DNA of 64,000 nt from Candidatus Uhrbacteria bacterium CG10_big_fil_rev_8_21_14_0_10_48_11 (GTDB lineage: Bacteria; Patescibacteriota; Patescibacteriia; GWA2-46-9): NCBI GenBank assembly GCA_002793855.1, contig PFET01000001.1, positions 19,520-83,519 of the forward strand, written 5' to 3'. The position numbers and the translations under genes are program-made. How positions within the stretch are numbered: the first letter of the stretch is position 1; the number at the start of each line of letters is the position of its first letter. A model generated the notes under the pieces. That model was not told the DNA's origin, searched no databases, and was given only the letters and a program-made list of their open reading frames with translations. Positions 50,094 to 61,041 of this stretch are shown one piece after another.

Positions 50094-50577
50094 TTACTTA
50101 CTCTTTTCGAACGCTCCGGTTTTACGGTTTTTTCGACAATTGTCATAAGGTAAAACACGGCCATTCATTGCAACGTAAACACCGTGCGGCAATGTTTGGG
50201 CAAAGGCGAGAGCGGCGCCAAGGTTAAAGAGACCATCAGAACTGCCAAATTTATACGGAATAATCGCCCCGACTAGTACAACCGTCTTGTCGTGAATGGT
50301 TGCAGCAATCGCTTTTGCCGTTTTCACCATCGTGTCCGTTCCATGAGTTACTATCACCCGATCTGCCGTTGATCGTTTTATACTACGGATGATTCTTTGA
50401 CGGTCGTCGTTAGTCATAGCCAAGCTATCGCTCATCATCAATGTTTTCGCGTCTACGTTTACCCGGTTGCGACCTCACTTTAACGTTTTAGAAACGTGCG
50501 TCTTCTTAAAAAACAGAGTCCCCACTACCTCGTTGTACTCTTTGCCAAACGTACCGCCGGTTACAAATATTTGCCAT
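50094..50577 (-). pseudogene. L-asparaginase-like (N-terminal domain) gene with frameshifts
   Basis: A Shine-Dalgarno AAGGAG precedes ATG at 50577 (MANI...). A +1 shift then exposes IFVTGGTFGKEY (asparaginase TGGT motif). Another shift leads into the 50094..50441 ORF, which carries DSLAMTNDDRQRI and the signature VIVTHGTDTM. The first shift is consistent with a 1-nt expansion of an A-run. Confidence 0.55.
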
Positions 50578-50581
50578 ATGA

Positions 50582-52813
50582 TTACTCCTTCTGAACATCC
50601 TCTAGCTTCAAGGACAGCACCTTCGAGGCGCCATCATCACCCATAGTGATACCGTAGAGAATGTTCGCCTGCTGCATACTGGCGCGATTGTGGGTAATAA
50701 CAATAAACTGCGTGCGATGAGAAAGCTGATCGATAATTTCGGCGAAGCGAACCGAGTTTGCTTCGTCCAATGCGGCGTCTACTTCGTCCAACACCACAAA
50801 AGGCGACGGATTCGAAGAAATAATGGCGCAGATAAGGGCAAGCGAGGTCAGCGCGCGCTCTCCACCAGAAAGCATACTGATATTTTTTAATCGCTTACTG
50901 GGCGGGGTCGCCTGAATGTCGATGCCAACTCGCTCCGGCGCGTTGCGATTTACCGTCTCTTCTTCCTCGGCGACGTCCTCCTCGTCCTCGTCGTCAGTAA
51001 CTGCAGCGCTAATGGTCGGCAATGCAACGCGAACCAATTTTGCCGTGCCGCCATTAAACAAAATTTTGAAGAAACGCTCGAAGTCGATACTGATGCGGTG
51101 AAACGATTCGTTAAACTGACGGGTAATAGTTTCGTCAAGTTCCTTAATAATTTTTCTGAGATCGACAATGGCTTTGCGTAAATCTTCTGCCTCGCCGGTC
51201 AAAAAATCGTACCGAGATTTTGTCTCCTCGTACTCTTTGGCGGTCTCTTCGTCGATGGTACCAATCTCTGCCAGGCGACGTTTCAAACTTTCGATGCGCT
51301 GCCGCATAGCCATTTTTTCCGGCACCGAATACACGGTGCGATCAGGCGCTGGAACCTGTCCTTCGAGTTCTTCTTCAAGCTCACGATCAAGCGCTTCTTT
51401 CTCGGTCTGTAGACGTGCCAATGCAACTTTATACTCATTCTCTTTTTCAACCAGTACGCTTAGGGCTTCCCGTGTCTGGCGAATGTTTCGCTCCAGTTCG
51501 AAGACCGCCTTATTTTTCTGCTGCTCGTCTTCGTGAAACCGCTTCATTGCCTCCCCAACTGCTGCCAACTTTTCAGCAACCTTTTGCTCCTCCTCCTGCA
51601 GTTGACGAACAGTTTCTTTGAGTGCTTGACGGGCGGTTTCGTTTTCTGTTTCTGCGCCAAAAATTTGACTCTTCAACTGCTGAATGTGCGTCTGCAATCT
51701 GGTAAGCGAGCCACGCAGCGCGAGGTGAGCTGCTTCCGCCGATTGCTCGGCGGCGGCGGTGAGTTCCGCTATGGCCGCCTCAAGGTCGTAATAGATACCG
51801 GCCAACGCTTCTGATGATTGCTCGCCGCGCCGATTGCGGTTAGCTTCACTGGCAAGCGCAGTGCGCGCCTCAACCAATTTTTCACGAAGCGCCGTGCGGG
51901 CATCCCACAAACGCTGATGATTGGCTTCTAGCTGCTGGAAGCGTTCGTTAACTGAGGTTGCCTGTTCTAACTTGGCAAAAGCTTCTTCTAGCTGTGCCAA
52001 CGCAGCTGCAGTTGCTTCTCTATCTGCCTGTGCTTTCTCCTTGGCGTTTGTCGTCTGACGCAACGCTTCGCTATTTTCGTAACAAATCGAACCGTAATAC
52101 TGCGTTCGCACCGCGGCAAGTTCTTGCATCACCTCTTCGCGGCGTTCTAGTCGATGTACTTGGCGCGTGAGCGAGCGCAATCGTGGTGTAATTTCGTTTA
52201 CCAAAACCTCCCCTTGGCGCAGGTTATCTTCGGTCAGTGTCAGCTTGTGCTCCGCATCTTCACGCTTAAGCTGCAGCGGCCGCGTACCGGAGGCTTCATC
52301 AAAATAACTCTTGCGCTCTAAAGGGCTAGCCATTAAAAAAGCGTCAACCATACCCTGACCGATGATGCTGTACGTTTTCTGCCCAAAACTGGCCTCTGCC
52401 AAAAGCATGGTAACGTCTTGCAGACGTACCTTCTTCTTGTTTAATAAATACTCCGATTCACCGCTTCGAAAAAGCCGACGTGTAATAACCACCTGACTGT
52501 AGTCAATGGGCGCCTGTTTGTCTTCGTTGTTAAGGTAAAGTGAAACCTCTGCCATACCGACGCGCGCAAGCTTTTCGGTACCCGAAAAAATAAGGTCTTC
52601 CGATTTTTTTCCACGAATCGATTTGAGGCTTTGTTCCCCCATTACCCAGCGAAGCGCATCGGCAAAGTTTGATTTCCCTGAGCCGTTTGGCCCCACAATG
52701 GCCGCAACTCCCCGCTGTTCGCTGCCGCGAGGCTGCGGAAAATGCAAAACGGTTTTATGGACAAAAGTTTTAAATCCTTGTAGCTCTAGTTTTTCTAAAT
52801 GCACAGCCGCCAA
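50582..52813 (-). CDS. SMC-family chromosome segregation ATPase (short form, no obvious hinge)
   Basis: The N-terminus LELQGFKTF..IVGPNGSGKSNFADALRWVMGEQSLKSIRGKK contains the Walker A motif. The C-terminus has the LSGGERALTSLAL signature and Walker B VVLDEVDAALD. The coiled-coil middle is only 743 aa in total. Confidence 0.75.
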   Translation of the reverse strand: MAAVHLEKLELQGFKTFVHKTVLHFPQPRGSEQRGVAAIVGPNGSGKSNFADALRWVMGEQSLKSIRGKKSEDLIFSGTEKLARVGMAEVSLYLNNEDKQAPIDYSQVVITRRLFRSGESEYLLNKKKVRLQDVTMLLAEASFGQKTYSIIGQGMVDAFLMASPLERKSYFDEASGTRPLQLKREDAEHKLTLTEDNLRQGEVLVNEITPRLRSLTRQVHRLERREEVMQELAAVRTQYYGSICYENSEALRQTTNAKEKAQADREATAAALAQLEEAFAKLEQATSVNERFQQLEANHQRLWDARTALREKLVEARTALASEANRNRRGEQSSEALAGIYYDLEAAIAELTAAAEQSAEAAHLALRGSLTRLQTHIQQLKSQIFGAETENETARQALKETVRQLQEEEQKVAEKLAAVGEAMKRFHEDEQQKNKAVFELERNIRQTREALSVLVEKENEYKVALARLQTEKEALDRELEEELEGQVPAPDRTVYSVPEKMAMRQRIESLKRRLAEIGTIDEETAKEYEETKSRYDFLTGEAEDLRKAIVDLRKIIKELDETITRQFNESFHRISIDFERFFKILFNGGTAKLVRVALPTISAAVTDDEDEEDVAEEEETVNRNAPERVGIDIQATPPSKRLKNISMLSGGERALTSLALICAIISSNPSPFVVLDEVDAALDEANSVRFAEIIDQLSHRTQFIVITHNRASMQQANILYGITMGDDGASKVLSLKLEDVQKE

Positions 52814-52944
52814 GATAAATTAACAAAACGACATACCCACAATGAGTATCTCAATGACGTCTATACCAGTATACGTGAAAATGTATGCTGTCGTCGAGAG
52901 ATGACAAACCTGCCAAAACGGCGGTCGTGTGATACAATAATGCT

Positions 52945-53712
52945 ATGGCACTGTCGATTTTAAGCATTGGCATTTTAGTAAATGCGTTCATTAGCGCCAC
53001 CGTTGCTGGCGCCGCCTTCGCGTTGACCTACGCGCTCTTTCGCCGTCGTCGGCAGCAAACACCGACAACCGAGGCCTATACTTGGTTCTGGTGGTTTACC
53101 GCTTTGGTGTGGTCATTCTCGGCGTTACGCTATATTGCCGTCAGCTTCGGTTATGTTGGTGTCTGGGTTGGCTACAGCGACATTTTGGTGCAGGCCTCGG
53201 TGTTTTTGGGTGGACCACCGCTTTTCTACTATTTGCTCACGCGTGTCTTTGCCAACAGACGACTGGCCGCTTTTGGTAGTCTTCTGTCCCTTATAGCTAG
53301 CCTTGTGGCACTTGGGTTTGCGCTTCGACAAGGTGGCATTCCTCTGGATGACGTCACTCCCTTTTCTGCAGAAGCAACCATCAACGTCCGCTCCTTTACT
53401 ATCTTCGGTGCCGAAATTGCTCTCATTGTCCCCATCGCTATTTTTGATATTGTTCACCGACTGCGAAACTGGATAAAAAAAAGAAACCAGACTGTCCTCT
53501 ATGATGCGCTACAGACCGTACCGCTGCTACTCTACGTACTTCTTGGTACCATCGACGAGTCAAAAGTGATTACCTCGTGGCCGCTAGTGGTATTTCGTAT
53601 TCTTTATGTTGCCGGCTTCCTCTTTGTCTACATTATCATCACTCAAGAAGAGGCTGAACAGACCGACTATTTTGTTACCAAATCTGAAACGACTACAACC
53701 TATGCCCAATGA
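52945..53712 (+). CDS. polytopic membrane protein (possible sensor module upstream of the histidine kinase)
   Basis: 255 aa with about 7 hydrophobic helices. It overlaps the histidine kinase start by 11 nt. Confidence 0.45.
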   Translation: MALSILSIGILVNAFISATVAGAAFALTYALFRRRRQQTPTTEAYTWFWWFTALVWSFSALRYIAVSFGYVGVWVGYSDILVQASVFLGGPPLFYYLLTRVFANRRLAAFGSLLSLIASLVALGFALRQGGIPLDDVTPFSAEATINVRSFTIFGAEIALIVPIAIFDIVHRLRNWIKKRNQTVLYDALQTVPLLLYVLLGTIDESKVITSWPLVVFRILYVAGFLFVYIIITQEEAEQTDYFVTKSETTTTYAQ

Positions 53713-54967
53713 ACCTGAAATAAAAGAGAAGGCTCCGATCGTTCAGCCACTGCCACAAAACCCGTTTACAGTTGCGGTAACAACGCCAGCGCGTACCCCA
53801 GAACCGACGCTGGTACAGGAAGGCGGTCGCCGTTCTGTCTTTCTGCGAATCCTCGGCACCTTCTTTTTGTTGTCGGTGACACCTATCGCCATCTCGGCAG
53901 GACTTACCGCAACCGTTTACCAGAGTTCTATTCGACAATTTTTACCAGCCACCAGCGTCACCCAAGTTGAGCAGGTTTTACTGGCGCAGAACATTCTCAT
54001 TCTGGTGCTGGTTGTTATTATGGTTATTTTCGCGGGCAGCCTTATCTCAGCTTCACTCATTCGGCCGCTAACACGCTTAGTGAAGCTTACGCACCTCGTC
54101 GGCGAAGGCGAACTTCGTTATCGACTCAAGACCAACTCTCGAGATGAAATTTCAGAACTGACCAAAGCCTTCAACATTATGATTGATCGCCTAGAAGAAC
54201 AACGGCGGCGGGAACGGCTTATCAGTCAAATGAAGTCAGAGTTCATCTCTATTGCAGCACACCAACTGCGTACGCCGCTTTCTGCGGTGAAGTGGACACT
54301 AAAAATGCTTGAAGAGGGTGACATTGGCACACTAACACAAGAACAACGAGAGTTTATAGAGCGCGGCTACCGAGTTAACGAGCGTATGGTTCGACTGGTT
54401 GGTGACCTTTTGAACGTTGCGCGTATTGAAGAGGGGCGTTTTGGCTACCAGCGCGTTCCGACCGATTTCTTGGCCTATTTGTCGCAAACCGTAGAACGCT
54501 TTCGTGTCGAAGCGGCTGCACAGGGCGCCAGTTTGTCCTACGACAAACCAAACTTTACCTTGCCAAAATTGTTCATCGATACCTCAAAAATGGACTTGGC
54601 AATACAGAACATTATTGAAAATGCTATCAAGTATTCTAAACCAGGTGGGCTCATCGACGTTACTGCTAATCGCCTACCGGAAAGCGTTGAGGTGAGTATT
54701 CAAGATCACGGGGTCGGTATTCCTGCCCATCAGATCCATCGACTTTTCACCAAATTTTTCCGCGCGGACAACGTTGTTCGTATGCAAACCGAGGGATCTG
54801 GTCTCGGACTTTTCATTGTAAAAAACATTATCAAAAACCATGGTGGCGATATTCATGCCGAATCGGAAGAAGGCAAAGGAACAAAAATGATCTTTACGCT
54901 TCCGCTCTCTGAAGCGGCCGTACCAAAACAGGAAACCGCCTTTGAAGAATTTGTCGGGGGGCTCTAA
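53702..54967 (+). CDS. sensor histidine kinase (2 TM, HAMP, HisKA, HATPase_c)
   Basis: HAMP-like LTKAFNIMIDRLEEQ, H-box AAHQLRTPLSAV, N-box QNIIENAIKYSKPGG, and G-boxes DHGVGIP / GSGLGLFIVKNIIKNHGG. No response regulator gene is adjacent. Confidence 0.85.
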   Translation: MPNEPEIKEKAPIVQPLPQNPFTVAVTTPARTPEPTLVQEGGRRSVFLRILGTFFLLSVTPIAISAGLTATVYQSSIRQFLPATSVTQVEQVLLAQNILILVLVVIMVIFAGSLISASLIRPLTRLVKLTHLVGEGELRYRLKTNSRDEISELTKAFNIMIDRLEEQRRRERLISQMKSEFISIAAHQLRTPLSAVKWTLKMLEEGDIGTLTQEQREFIERGYRVNERMVRLVGDLLNVARIEEGRFGYQRVPTDFLAYLSQTVERFRVEAAAQGASLSYDKPNFTLPKLFIDTSKMDLAIQNIIENAIKYSKPGGLIDVTANRLPESVEVSIQDHGVGIPAHQIHRLFTKFFRADNVVRMQTEGSGLGLFIVKNIIKNHGGDIHAESEEGKGTKMIFTLPLSEAAVPKQETAFEEFVGGL

Positions 54968-57645
54968 GCAAGGCTCGGTGCGGGGGAACGATGTTGCGAA
55001 TCAGTAAGGTGTGCACTCATACGCTTTACTACTTCAATGGTCGTGACATCAAAAGTAGCAACACCCAAAATGATAAGCAGGTGCACCGCCTTAAGCGGTA
55101 CGGTACCTAAAAAGTAGTTGAAAAACGGTAAATACATCGTAGAGAGGGCGAGCGCGATACTCCCAATACTGGTAAAGAGGAGGAAACGGTTACCTTTGAT
55201 GCCCGTAACCCAAAGTGGTCGTCCAAGCGAGCGCAACGAAAAAATGTACAGAAGCGGGTTAATGGAAATGATACCAAAAATAATTGTTCTAACGTAAGCG
55301 AGATCGAGTTGTTGTACTTGTGTAAAATATATAAAGCCAGAGAGCAGCAACAAATCCCTAACAATTGACGTACCAAAAACGATGACCTTCCCCTGCGCTG
55401 TCAGTATTGCTGCACTGCGCGAAACTGGTGGTCGATGCATAACGTTTGGTTCTTCGGGCTCAAAAGCAAGTGAAAACGTAGGTAAACCATCTTGTATAAC
55501 GTTTGCCCATAAAATCATCACTGGTGTTAAGGGAAGTGGTGTATTAAACAGAAGTGTACCGACAATAAGAATGAGCTCGGTAAACGACGCAGAAAAAAGA
55601 AAAAGTGTAACTTTGCGGATATTGTCAAAAGTAATACGACCCTCTTTGACCGCAGAGGCAATGGTACCAAGTCCATCGTCAAGAAGCACAAGATCGGCCG
55701 CTTCTTTGGTAACGTCGGTTGCGGCTACTGTAGCAATACCGATGTCAGCCGCCCGCAGTGCCGGCGCATCGTTAATACCGTCACCCGTCATAGCAACAGA
55801 CTCTCCGTTTGCGATAAGCGCGCGAACGATACGCAGCTTATGCTCTGGCGTTACTCGACAGTAAACAGAAGCACGCTTCACGGTATCCTTCAAAAGTGCA
55901 TCAGAAAGTGCATCGAGAACCGAGCCGTTCACCACGCGCCCCTCACCCAAGGGAAAACCAAGTTCTCGACCAATGGCGCTTGCGGTCAGTTCGTGGTCTC
56001 CTGTTACCATTAATACTCTAATACCGGCCTTCCGTGTTACCTCCAGTGTATCGTTTACATCACGACGAATTGGGTCACGCAACGCAACGATACCGTGAAA
56101 GGTAAGCTCTCTAATGTGTCCACGTAGCGCCTCGTCGTCATCAAATGCCGCGTTCTTTGAAAGCACCCGGTCAGCAACACCAATAAGCCGGTACCCTTCA
56201 GAGGCAAGCTTCTTTTGTAAAGCGAGTAAACGTATTCGGTCGTCTGTGGTTATCGTTTTGCCGTCGCCAAGGACGGTAGCGGCATCGAGTAATATTTCCG
56301 GGGCGCCGCTAACCAAGCAATGGACATTTTCAGAAGACTCCCCCTCTACGAAAGTAGCGATGTACTTGCTTCGTGAACTGAACGGTAAAAAAGCAATCGA
56401 AGAAAAACGGCTACGCTCTTTGATAAGTGACGGCCTCTTATTAAGCACAAACTCAAGCTTAGCCTGATCAGTCGTATCACCACGAAAGACATACGAATCT
56501 CCACTCTCTTCAATGACTGCCTCATTGGCAAGCGCCAACGCCAAGAATGCGGGCAGCGCATCGCCTTCAAGAAAAGCGTGCTCAACTTTCATGGCACCTT
56601 CGGTGAGGGTTCCTGTTTTGTCGGCACAAATGACGGTCGTAGAACCTAATGTCTCTGCCGCAATTGGTTTGCGGACCAAACCTTTTCGTTTCAAAATGCG
56701 CGTTGTTGAAACAGCCAGCACAACCGAGAGCGCGGCAACGAGTCCTTCAGGAATTGCCGCAACGGCAACCGCAACGGCGGTTTCGAACGACTGCACAAAA
56801 TCGAGCCCCTCTAAAGCCCCTACGGCAAGAATGAGCAGCCCGGCAGCGACAACGGCAATACTAATCATATTGGCCAACCGCTGCAGCCGTAGCTGCAAAG
56901 GCGTCAGGTGGCTGCTCGCTGATTTGGTAAGAAGCGCGATGCGACCAAGTTCGGTTTTGGTTCCGGTCGCCACCACAACAGCCTGTCCGCTCCCTCGCTC
57001 TATGGTCGTTCCCATCCATACCATACTTGAACGGTCGCCCAACGCCGCAACGGTTTCTGCCGGCGCCGGATGTTTTTTTACCGCTGCTGATTCTCCGGTC
57101 AGTATCGCTTCGTTTATGGCAAGATCGCGCGCTGAAAAAATGCGAGCATCAGCAGCAATTTTTGCGCCGGCGCGCAGCTCAATAATATCACCGGGTACCA
57201 ACTCTGCCGCATCTACTCTATGAAGCTGCCCGTTTCGTTTCACAATTGCCAAGACCCGAACAATCCTGCGCAACGAGACAAGCGTCTGTTCTGACCGATA
57301 CTCTTGGTAAAATCCGATTGCTGTATTCAAAGTAACGACCACCAAAATAACTATGGTATCAACGTACTCGTGAAGCCAAAAGGTAAGCCCAGCGGCAATG
57401 AGCAGTACATAGATGAGGGGACTTGAGAGCTGACGAAAAAGAAGCCGCCACCAACCTATACCACCTTCAACCGGCAATTCGTTTGTGCCCGACGTTTCAC
57501 GCCGAGTCGCAACCTCCGAGTCAGTAAGACCACGTTCGGGCTCTACCCCAAGCGAACGCAACGCGTCCTCAAACGGAAGCGCGTGCCATAGCGTCTCGTG
57601 TATTGTTGTTGCTAATTCCGCCATAACTATCGCAAAGTATAGCAC
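54964..57645 (-). CDS. P2-type cation-transporting P-type ATPase (Ca2+-ATPase-like)
   Basis: Phosphorylation site ICADKTGTLTEG, IPEGLVAAL (PEGL motif), MVTGDHELTA, the GDGINDAPAL hinge, and a TM6-like segment WANVIQDGLPTFSLAFEPEE. Confidence 0.9.
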   Translation of the reverse strand: MLYFAIVMAELATTIHETLWHALPFEDALRSLGVEPERGLTDSEVATRRETSGTNELPVEGGIGWWRLLFRQLSSPLIYVLLIAAGLTFWLHEYVDTIVILVVVTLNTAIGFYQEYRSEQTLVSLRRIVRVLAIVKRNGQLHRVDAAELVPGDIIELRAGAKIAADARIFSARDLAINEAILTGESAAVKKHPAPAETVAALGDRSSMVWMGTTIERGSGQAVVVATGTKTELGRIALLTKSASSHLTPLQLRLQRLANMISIAVVAAGLLILAVGALEGLDFVQSFETAVAVAVAAIPEGLVAALSVVLAVSTTRILKRKGLVRKPIAAETLGSTTVICADKTGTLTEGAMKVEHAFLEGDALPAFLALALANEAVIEESGDSYVFRGDTTDQAKLEFVLNKRPSLIKERSRFSSIAFLPFSSRSKYIATFVEGESSENVHCLVSGAPEILLDAATVLGDGKTITTDDRIRLLALQKKLASEGYRLIGVADRVLSKNAAFDDDEALRGHIRELTFHGIVALRDPIRRDVNDTLEVTRKAGIRVLMVTGDHELTASAIGRELGFPLGEGRVVNGSVLDALSDALLKDTVKRASVYCRVTPEHKLRIVRALIANGESVAMTGDGINDAPALRAADIGIATVAATDVTKEAADLVLLDDGLGTIASAVKEGRITFDNIRKVTLFLFSASFTELILIVGTLLFNTPLPLTPVMILWANVIQDGLPTFSLAFEPEEPNVMHRPPVSRSAAILTAQGKVIVFGTSIVRDLLLLSGFIYFTQVQQLDLAYVRTIIFGIISINPLLYIFSLRSLGRPLWVTGIKGNRFLLFTSIGSIALALSTMYLPFFNYFLGTVPLKAVHLLIILGVATFDVTTIEVVKRMSAHLTDSQHRSPAPSLA

Positions 57646-57937
57646 GATGAAGACAGAAAGCCGTACGTTATACGCCGTACGCTCTACGCTAAAAAATAAA
57701 ACTCAAAATGCAAAAAGTATAACTGAAACTGAAAAATCAAAAATGAGACACAAAACCACTAGCCGTACGCGAGAGGGAAAACGTGCCCGCCATAGCTTTA
57801 GCGTCGGCGGGAGTTATTTGAGAAAATCCCACAGGGACTTCCTTCGGTCGTCCGCACAGGGACTTCCTTCGGTCGCCGGTTTACCCCGCTTTATAGAACT
57901 TCGCGGGACTCGCGTTTGAGAATTAAAAAAGCGCCAC

Positions 57938-58013
57938 TGGGGCGGCCAGAGGGAGTTGAACCCTCGCCGAGAGGTCCACAACCTCTTGTGCTAACCGTTA
58001 CACCATGGCCGCC
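57938..58013 (-). tRNA. tRNA-His (GTG) with encoded G-1
   Basis: The reverse complement is g-gcggcca-tg-gtgt-aacggtta-gcac-a-agagg-ttGTGga-cctct-cggc-gaggg-ttcaact-ccctc-tggccgc-c-cca. The extra 5' G pairs with C73, which is characteristic of tRNA-His. Confidence 0.85.
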
Positions 58014-58078
58014 CCACTAGTGCCTTTAATTGAGCTCATCATACAAGCGAGACTTCTCTCTGTCAAAATATATACCTT

Positions 58079-58693
58079 TTATAAAGTACTAATCGGCCGA
58101 GACTGGGTAATATAAAACTTATTCTTAACCAACGCCCATTCTATGTCTTGTGGATGTTTATCATGTTTTTCAATACCAGAACAAATCTTAGCTAACTCAA
58201 CTATTTGTTTACCAGTAAGCTTTTGCCTGCCACCAACTTTAGCACTTAATTTTTTTTCTATGTTTCCTTTTAATGCTTTAACAATAGCTATTTTTTGCTC
58301 AGAAACATTTACATCCAACAAAGAATAATCTTTTTTCAAAATAATATAAGTGCCGAGTGTTACTTGGCCGGAAACAAGGGCTTCACCTAAACCTAAACCA
58401 GCCTCAATTACCATTTGGTCGTAATCGTTCGTTACTGGATGCACGGTAAAAGTAATACCTGATACTTCAGATTGCACCATTTGCTGAACTACCACCGCCA
58501 CGGAAACTGGTTTTTTGTGTAATTTTTTTTCAAAACGATAAAAGATAGCGCGTGAAGTAAACAAAGAAGACCAACATTTAATTACTGATGGAATTAAATT
58601 TTTTTGCGAAACATTCAAATAAGTTTCTAACTCCCCCGCCCAGGAAGCTACTTTTGAATCTTCAGCTGTAGCCGATGAGCGTACAGCCACCAA
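58079..58693 (-). pseudogene. fragment of a PEP-utilising enzyme (PPDK_N / pyruvate phosphate dikinase nucleotide-binding domain), N-terminally truncated
   Basis: VAVRSSATAEDSKVASWAGELETYLNV and downstream segments match the PF01326 core. It has only a TTG start and lacks the ~100 aa N-terminal part of the domain. The sequence is very AT-rich. Upstream there is only a 4-codon ATG ORF behind a good Shine-Dalgarno. Confidence 0.5.
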
Positions 58694-58917
58694 AATATTC
58701 TTACCTTTGCTTCATTTTTTATATTCCTCCTTTATTTCCTTCTGTCAATCAAGTGGCATTTTTTCGCGATGAATAATATCGCGCCTTTCTTCCGGCGCTT
58801 TTTCCACCGAATTAATATTGTTTGATTTTACACTATGCAAAACGTTTTCCAGCTCAACATTAATATCTGTCTCAATCATATTTAAAGGTCCCAACAAACA
58901 TAAACAATAACTAATCT

Positions 58918-59802
58918 TTACTTTTTACGTTTTTCTTCTTGCATTTTTCTATAAAGGTCTTGTAACTCATCAAGGCGATTCATATCTACACCATATTCTT
59001 CTCCTCGGAATTTTATCTTTAAACTCACTTCACCGTCGCTGTCTCGGTTAATGTCAAAAACAACTCCTTCACCGGCATTAAAAGCGCCACCTATTTCCTC
59101 AAGTTTTTCAAACCCACGAGTTCCGTCCTTTTGAAGCATTATTTCGCTCAATAAGGCATCCGGCTTTGGACCGTGGGTTAAATTTTCGATACGAAGGTCT
59201 GTATCTTCGTATAAACGGTCAGACATTTTTACTCCAATACTAAGTCGATGGGCAAGTTCAGCCGCCACTTCTTCTGATGTTAAGGTACCAGCCGCTTTGG
59301 CTTTATCTGGATTATCTATCCAAAATTGAATTACTTCTGTTACATCTTTTGCACCGGCTTCCTTAGATTGTTTCATAACCGTCGCAAAATTTTTTACCGG
59401 GTCAAGATCCCCCGAGCGATAAATAACTACGTCCCCCGGTGGCATTTTTCCATGACCAGCTTTTTCTTGTGCCTCGGCGCTCATTTCTTTATTTACCAAA
59501 GCGGCAGCACCGGCTTCATCTCTAAAACTTCCTGCAATATGACCACCCGTCTCTCTCCCTCTCTTTACCCTTTTACTACCAGTAACCATTAAATAAGTTG
59601 CTTCATCTGCTAAATCTCCACCAGTTTTTTGGGCATTAGCAATTCCTTGTTCGGTTATAAAATCAGCTGACATCCCGTCGGGTAACTTACCAGGATTCTC
59701 GTGACGTCTCAAAACAAACTGTACAGAAACATTTTTCCCTTTTTCTCTACCCGCATCTTTGGCTTCTCTATGCGCCTCAGAAAATGACTTTTCTCTAAAC
59801 AC
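58918..59802 (-). CDS. hypothetical protein (island gene)
   Basis: Intact 294 aa hydrophilic ORF with no motif recognised. Confidence 0.4.
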   Translation of the reverse strand: MFREKSFSEAHREAKDAGREKGKNVSVQFVLRRHENPGKLPDGMSADFITEQGIANAQKTGGDLADEATYLMVTGSKRVKRGRETGGHIAGSFRDEAGAAALVNKEMSAEAQEKAGHGKMPPGDVVIYRSGDLDPVKNFATVMKQSKEAGAKDVTEVIQFWIDNPDKAKAAGTLTSEEVAAELAHRLSIGVKMSDRLYEDTDLRIENLTHGPKPDALLSEIMLQKDGTRGFEKLEEIGGAFNAGEGVVFDINRDSDGEVSLKIKFRGEEYGVDMNRLDELQDLYRKMQEEKRKK

Positions 59803-59848
59803 AATAATGATATATTAATTTACTAACTTTTATAAGTATACACTTTTA

Positions 59849-60823
59849 TTGGCGATTTGTCAAATTAAACGTAATGGTTCAATGCCTTTGCTTCACCCTA
59901 GGGTAAACTATGGGGATATGGCATATACAATAAATACTCATATAGCAAAGGTCAGCATGGAAGGTATTAAGTTATATAGACAACAAGAGTGGGGTACTAG
60001 AATGGTGGCTAAACCTCTTGGAGTAAACCAAAGTACAGTTGTACGTTGGTTGGCCAAAGCTCCTCAGTATGGCTGGTGTCACATCCCTTCGGAAAGTAGT
60101 AGACCTAAGATTTCTCCAAGAAGAATGGACAAAGCTATTGAAGACAGAATTGTTGAACTGCGACCGAAGAGAGGTAGATGCTCTGAAGTGCTTCAGGCCG
60201 AGTTAGCCAGAGAAGGAACAATAGTGAGTTTGAGTACGGTGCAAAGAGTATTGAAAAGAAGGTATCTAATAAAAGAACGTAGTCCGTGGAAAAAGTATCA
60301 CCTTTCAGGTGATAGACCGGTGGCAGAAAAGCCAGAAATATTAGTTCAAATGGATAATATTCATATTATGAAAACTAGAATAGAACGTATGTATGTAACA
60401 ACTTTGATTGATGTATGTTCTAGAGGGGCTGATGCCAAGGCCAGTACCAGAATCAACACTAGGAGAAGTATAGAAGTGGCCCAAACGGCTGAAAGTTTAG
60501 CCCCTTTTCCCTTCTCTTGTATTCAAACTGACCATGGATCAGAGTTTAGTACTCATTTCACTTGTAGACTGAAAGCTAAAGGTATTCGTCATAGACATAG
60601 TCGAATAAGGCAGCCCAATGACAATGCTCACGTTGAAAGATTTAATCGCACTATCCAAGATGATCTTAGAACTGAGATAAAAAGATACAAACATCACCCA
60701 CCCACCTTAAACAAACATATTAAGCTCTGATTAGACTACTACAACAATGAACGACGTCATCTTGGTTTGGGGATTCAAACCCCAGTTGAAGCGATGCGAA
60801 GGTCTTGGTCTCTATGCGATTAA
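59849..60823 (+). mobile_element. IS481/IS3-like DDE transposase gene (rve integrase core) with an in-frame TGA
   Basis: N-terminal HTH (LGVNQSTVVRWL). The DDE core is marked by VQMDNIHIM, IQTDHGSEF and NDNAHVERFNRTIQDDL. A TGA at 60728-60730 is followed in frame by the conserved tail DYYNNERRHLGLGIQTPVEAM. Terminal inverted repeats were not delimited. Confidence 0.7.
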
Positions 60824-61041
60824 TACTACTTTATTCTACGAACTATCCCTTTATTCGCATCTACCCCAGTACTACAACACCGCTACGCATGTTGAGTATG
60901 GGGCAAGCCTCTGCTGACGTACTAAGCAACTCATACTTTAATTAGAGTTACTACTCCTCTATTCGCATCTACCTCTACAAGGTCGCCATCTTTGAAAGCC
61001 AAAGTGGCAACTTTTGTGCCAATTACACAAGGAACATTTAA

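Noticed and set aside
51168-51814. Plus-strand ORFs inside the SMC gene
   Set aside because: Antisense to the SMC coiled-coil region.
56513-57223. 236 aa plus-strand ORF
   Set aside because: Antisense to the P-type ATPase gene, Ser/Ala-rich, no motif.
57828-57876. Possible CRISPR array
   Set aside because: Only two copies of a 21-nt repeat with a 7-nt spacer. No cas genes and no regular array.
57485-57919. 144 aa plus-strand ORF in the tRNA-His downstream spacer
   Set aside because: It spans tandem repeats and an A-rich low-complexity region with no Shine-Dalgarno-like sequence. Judged non-coding.
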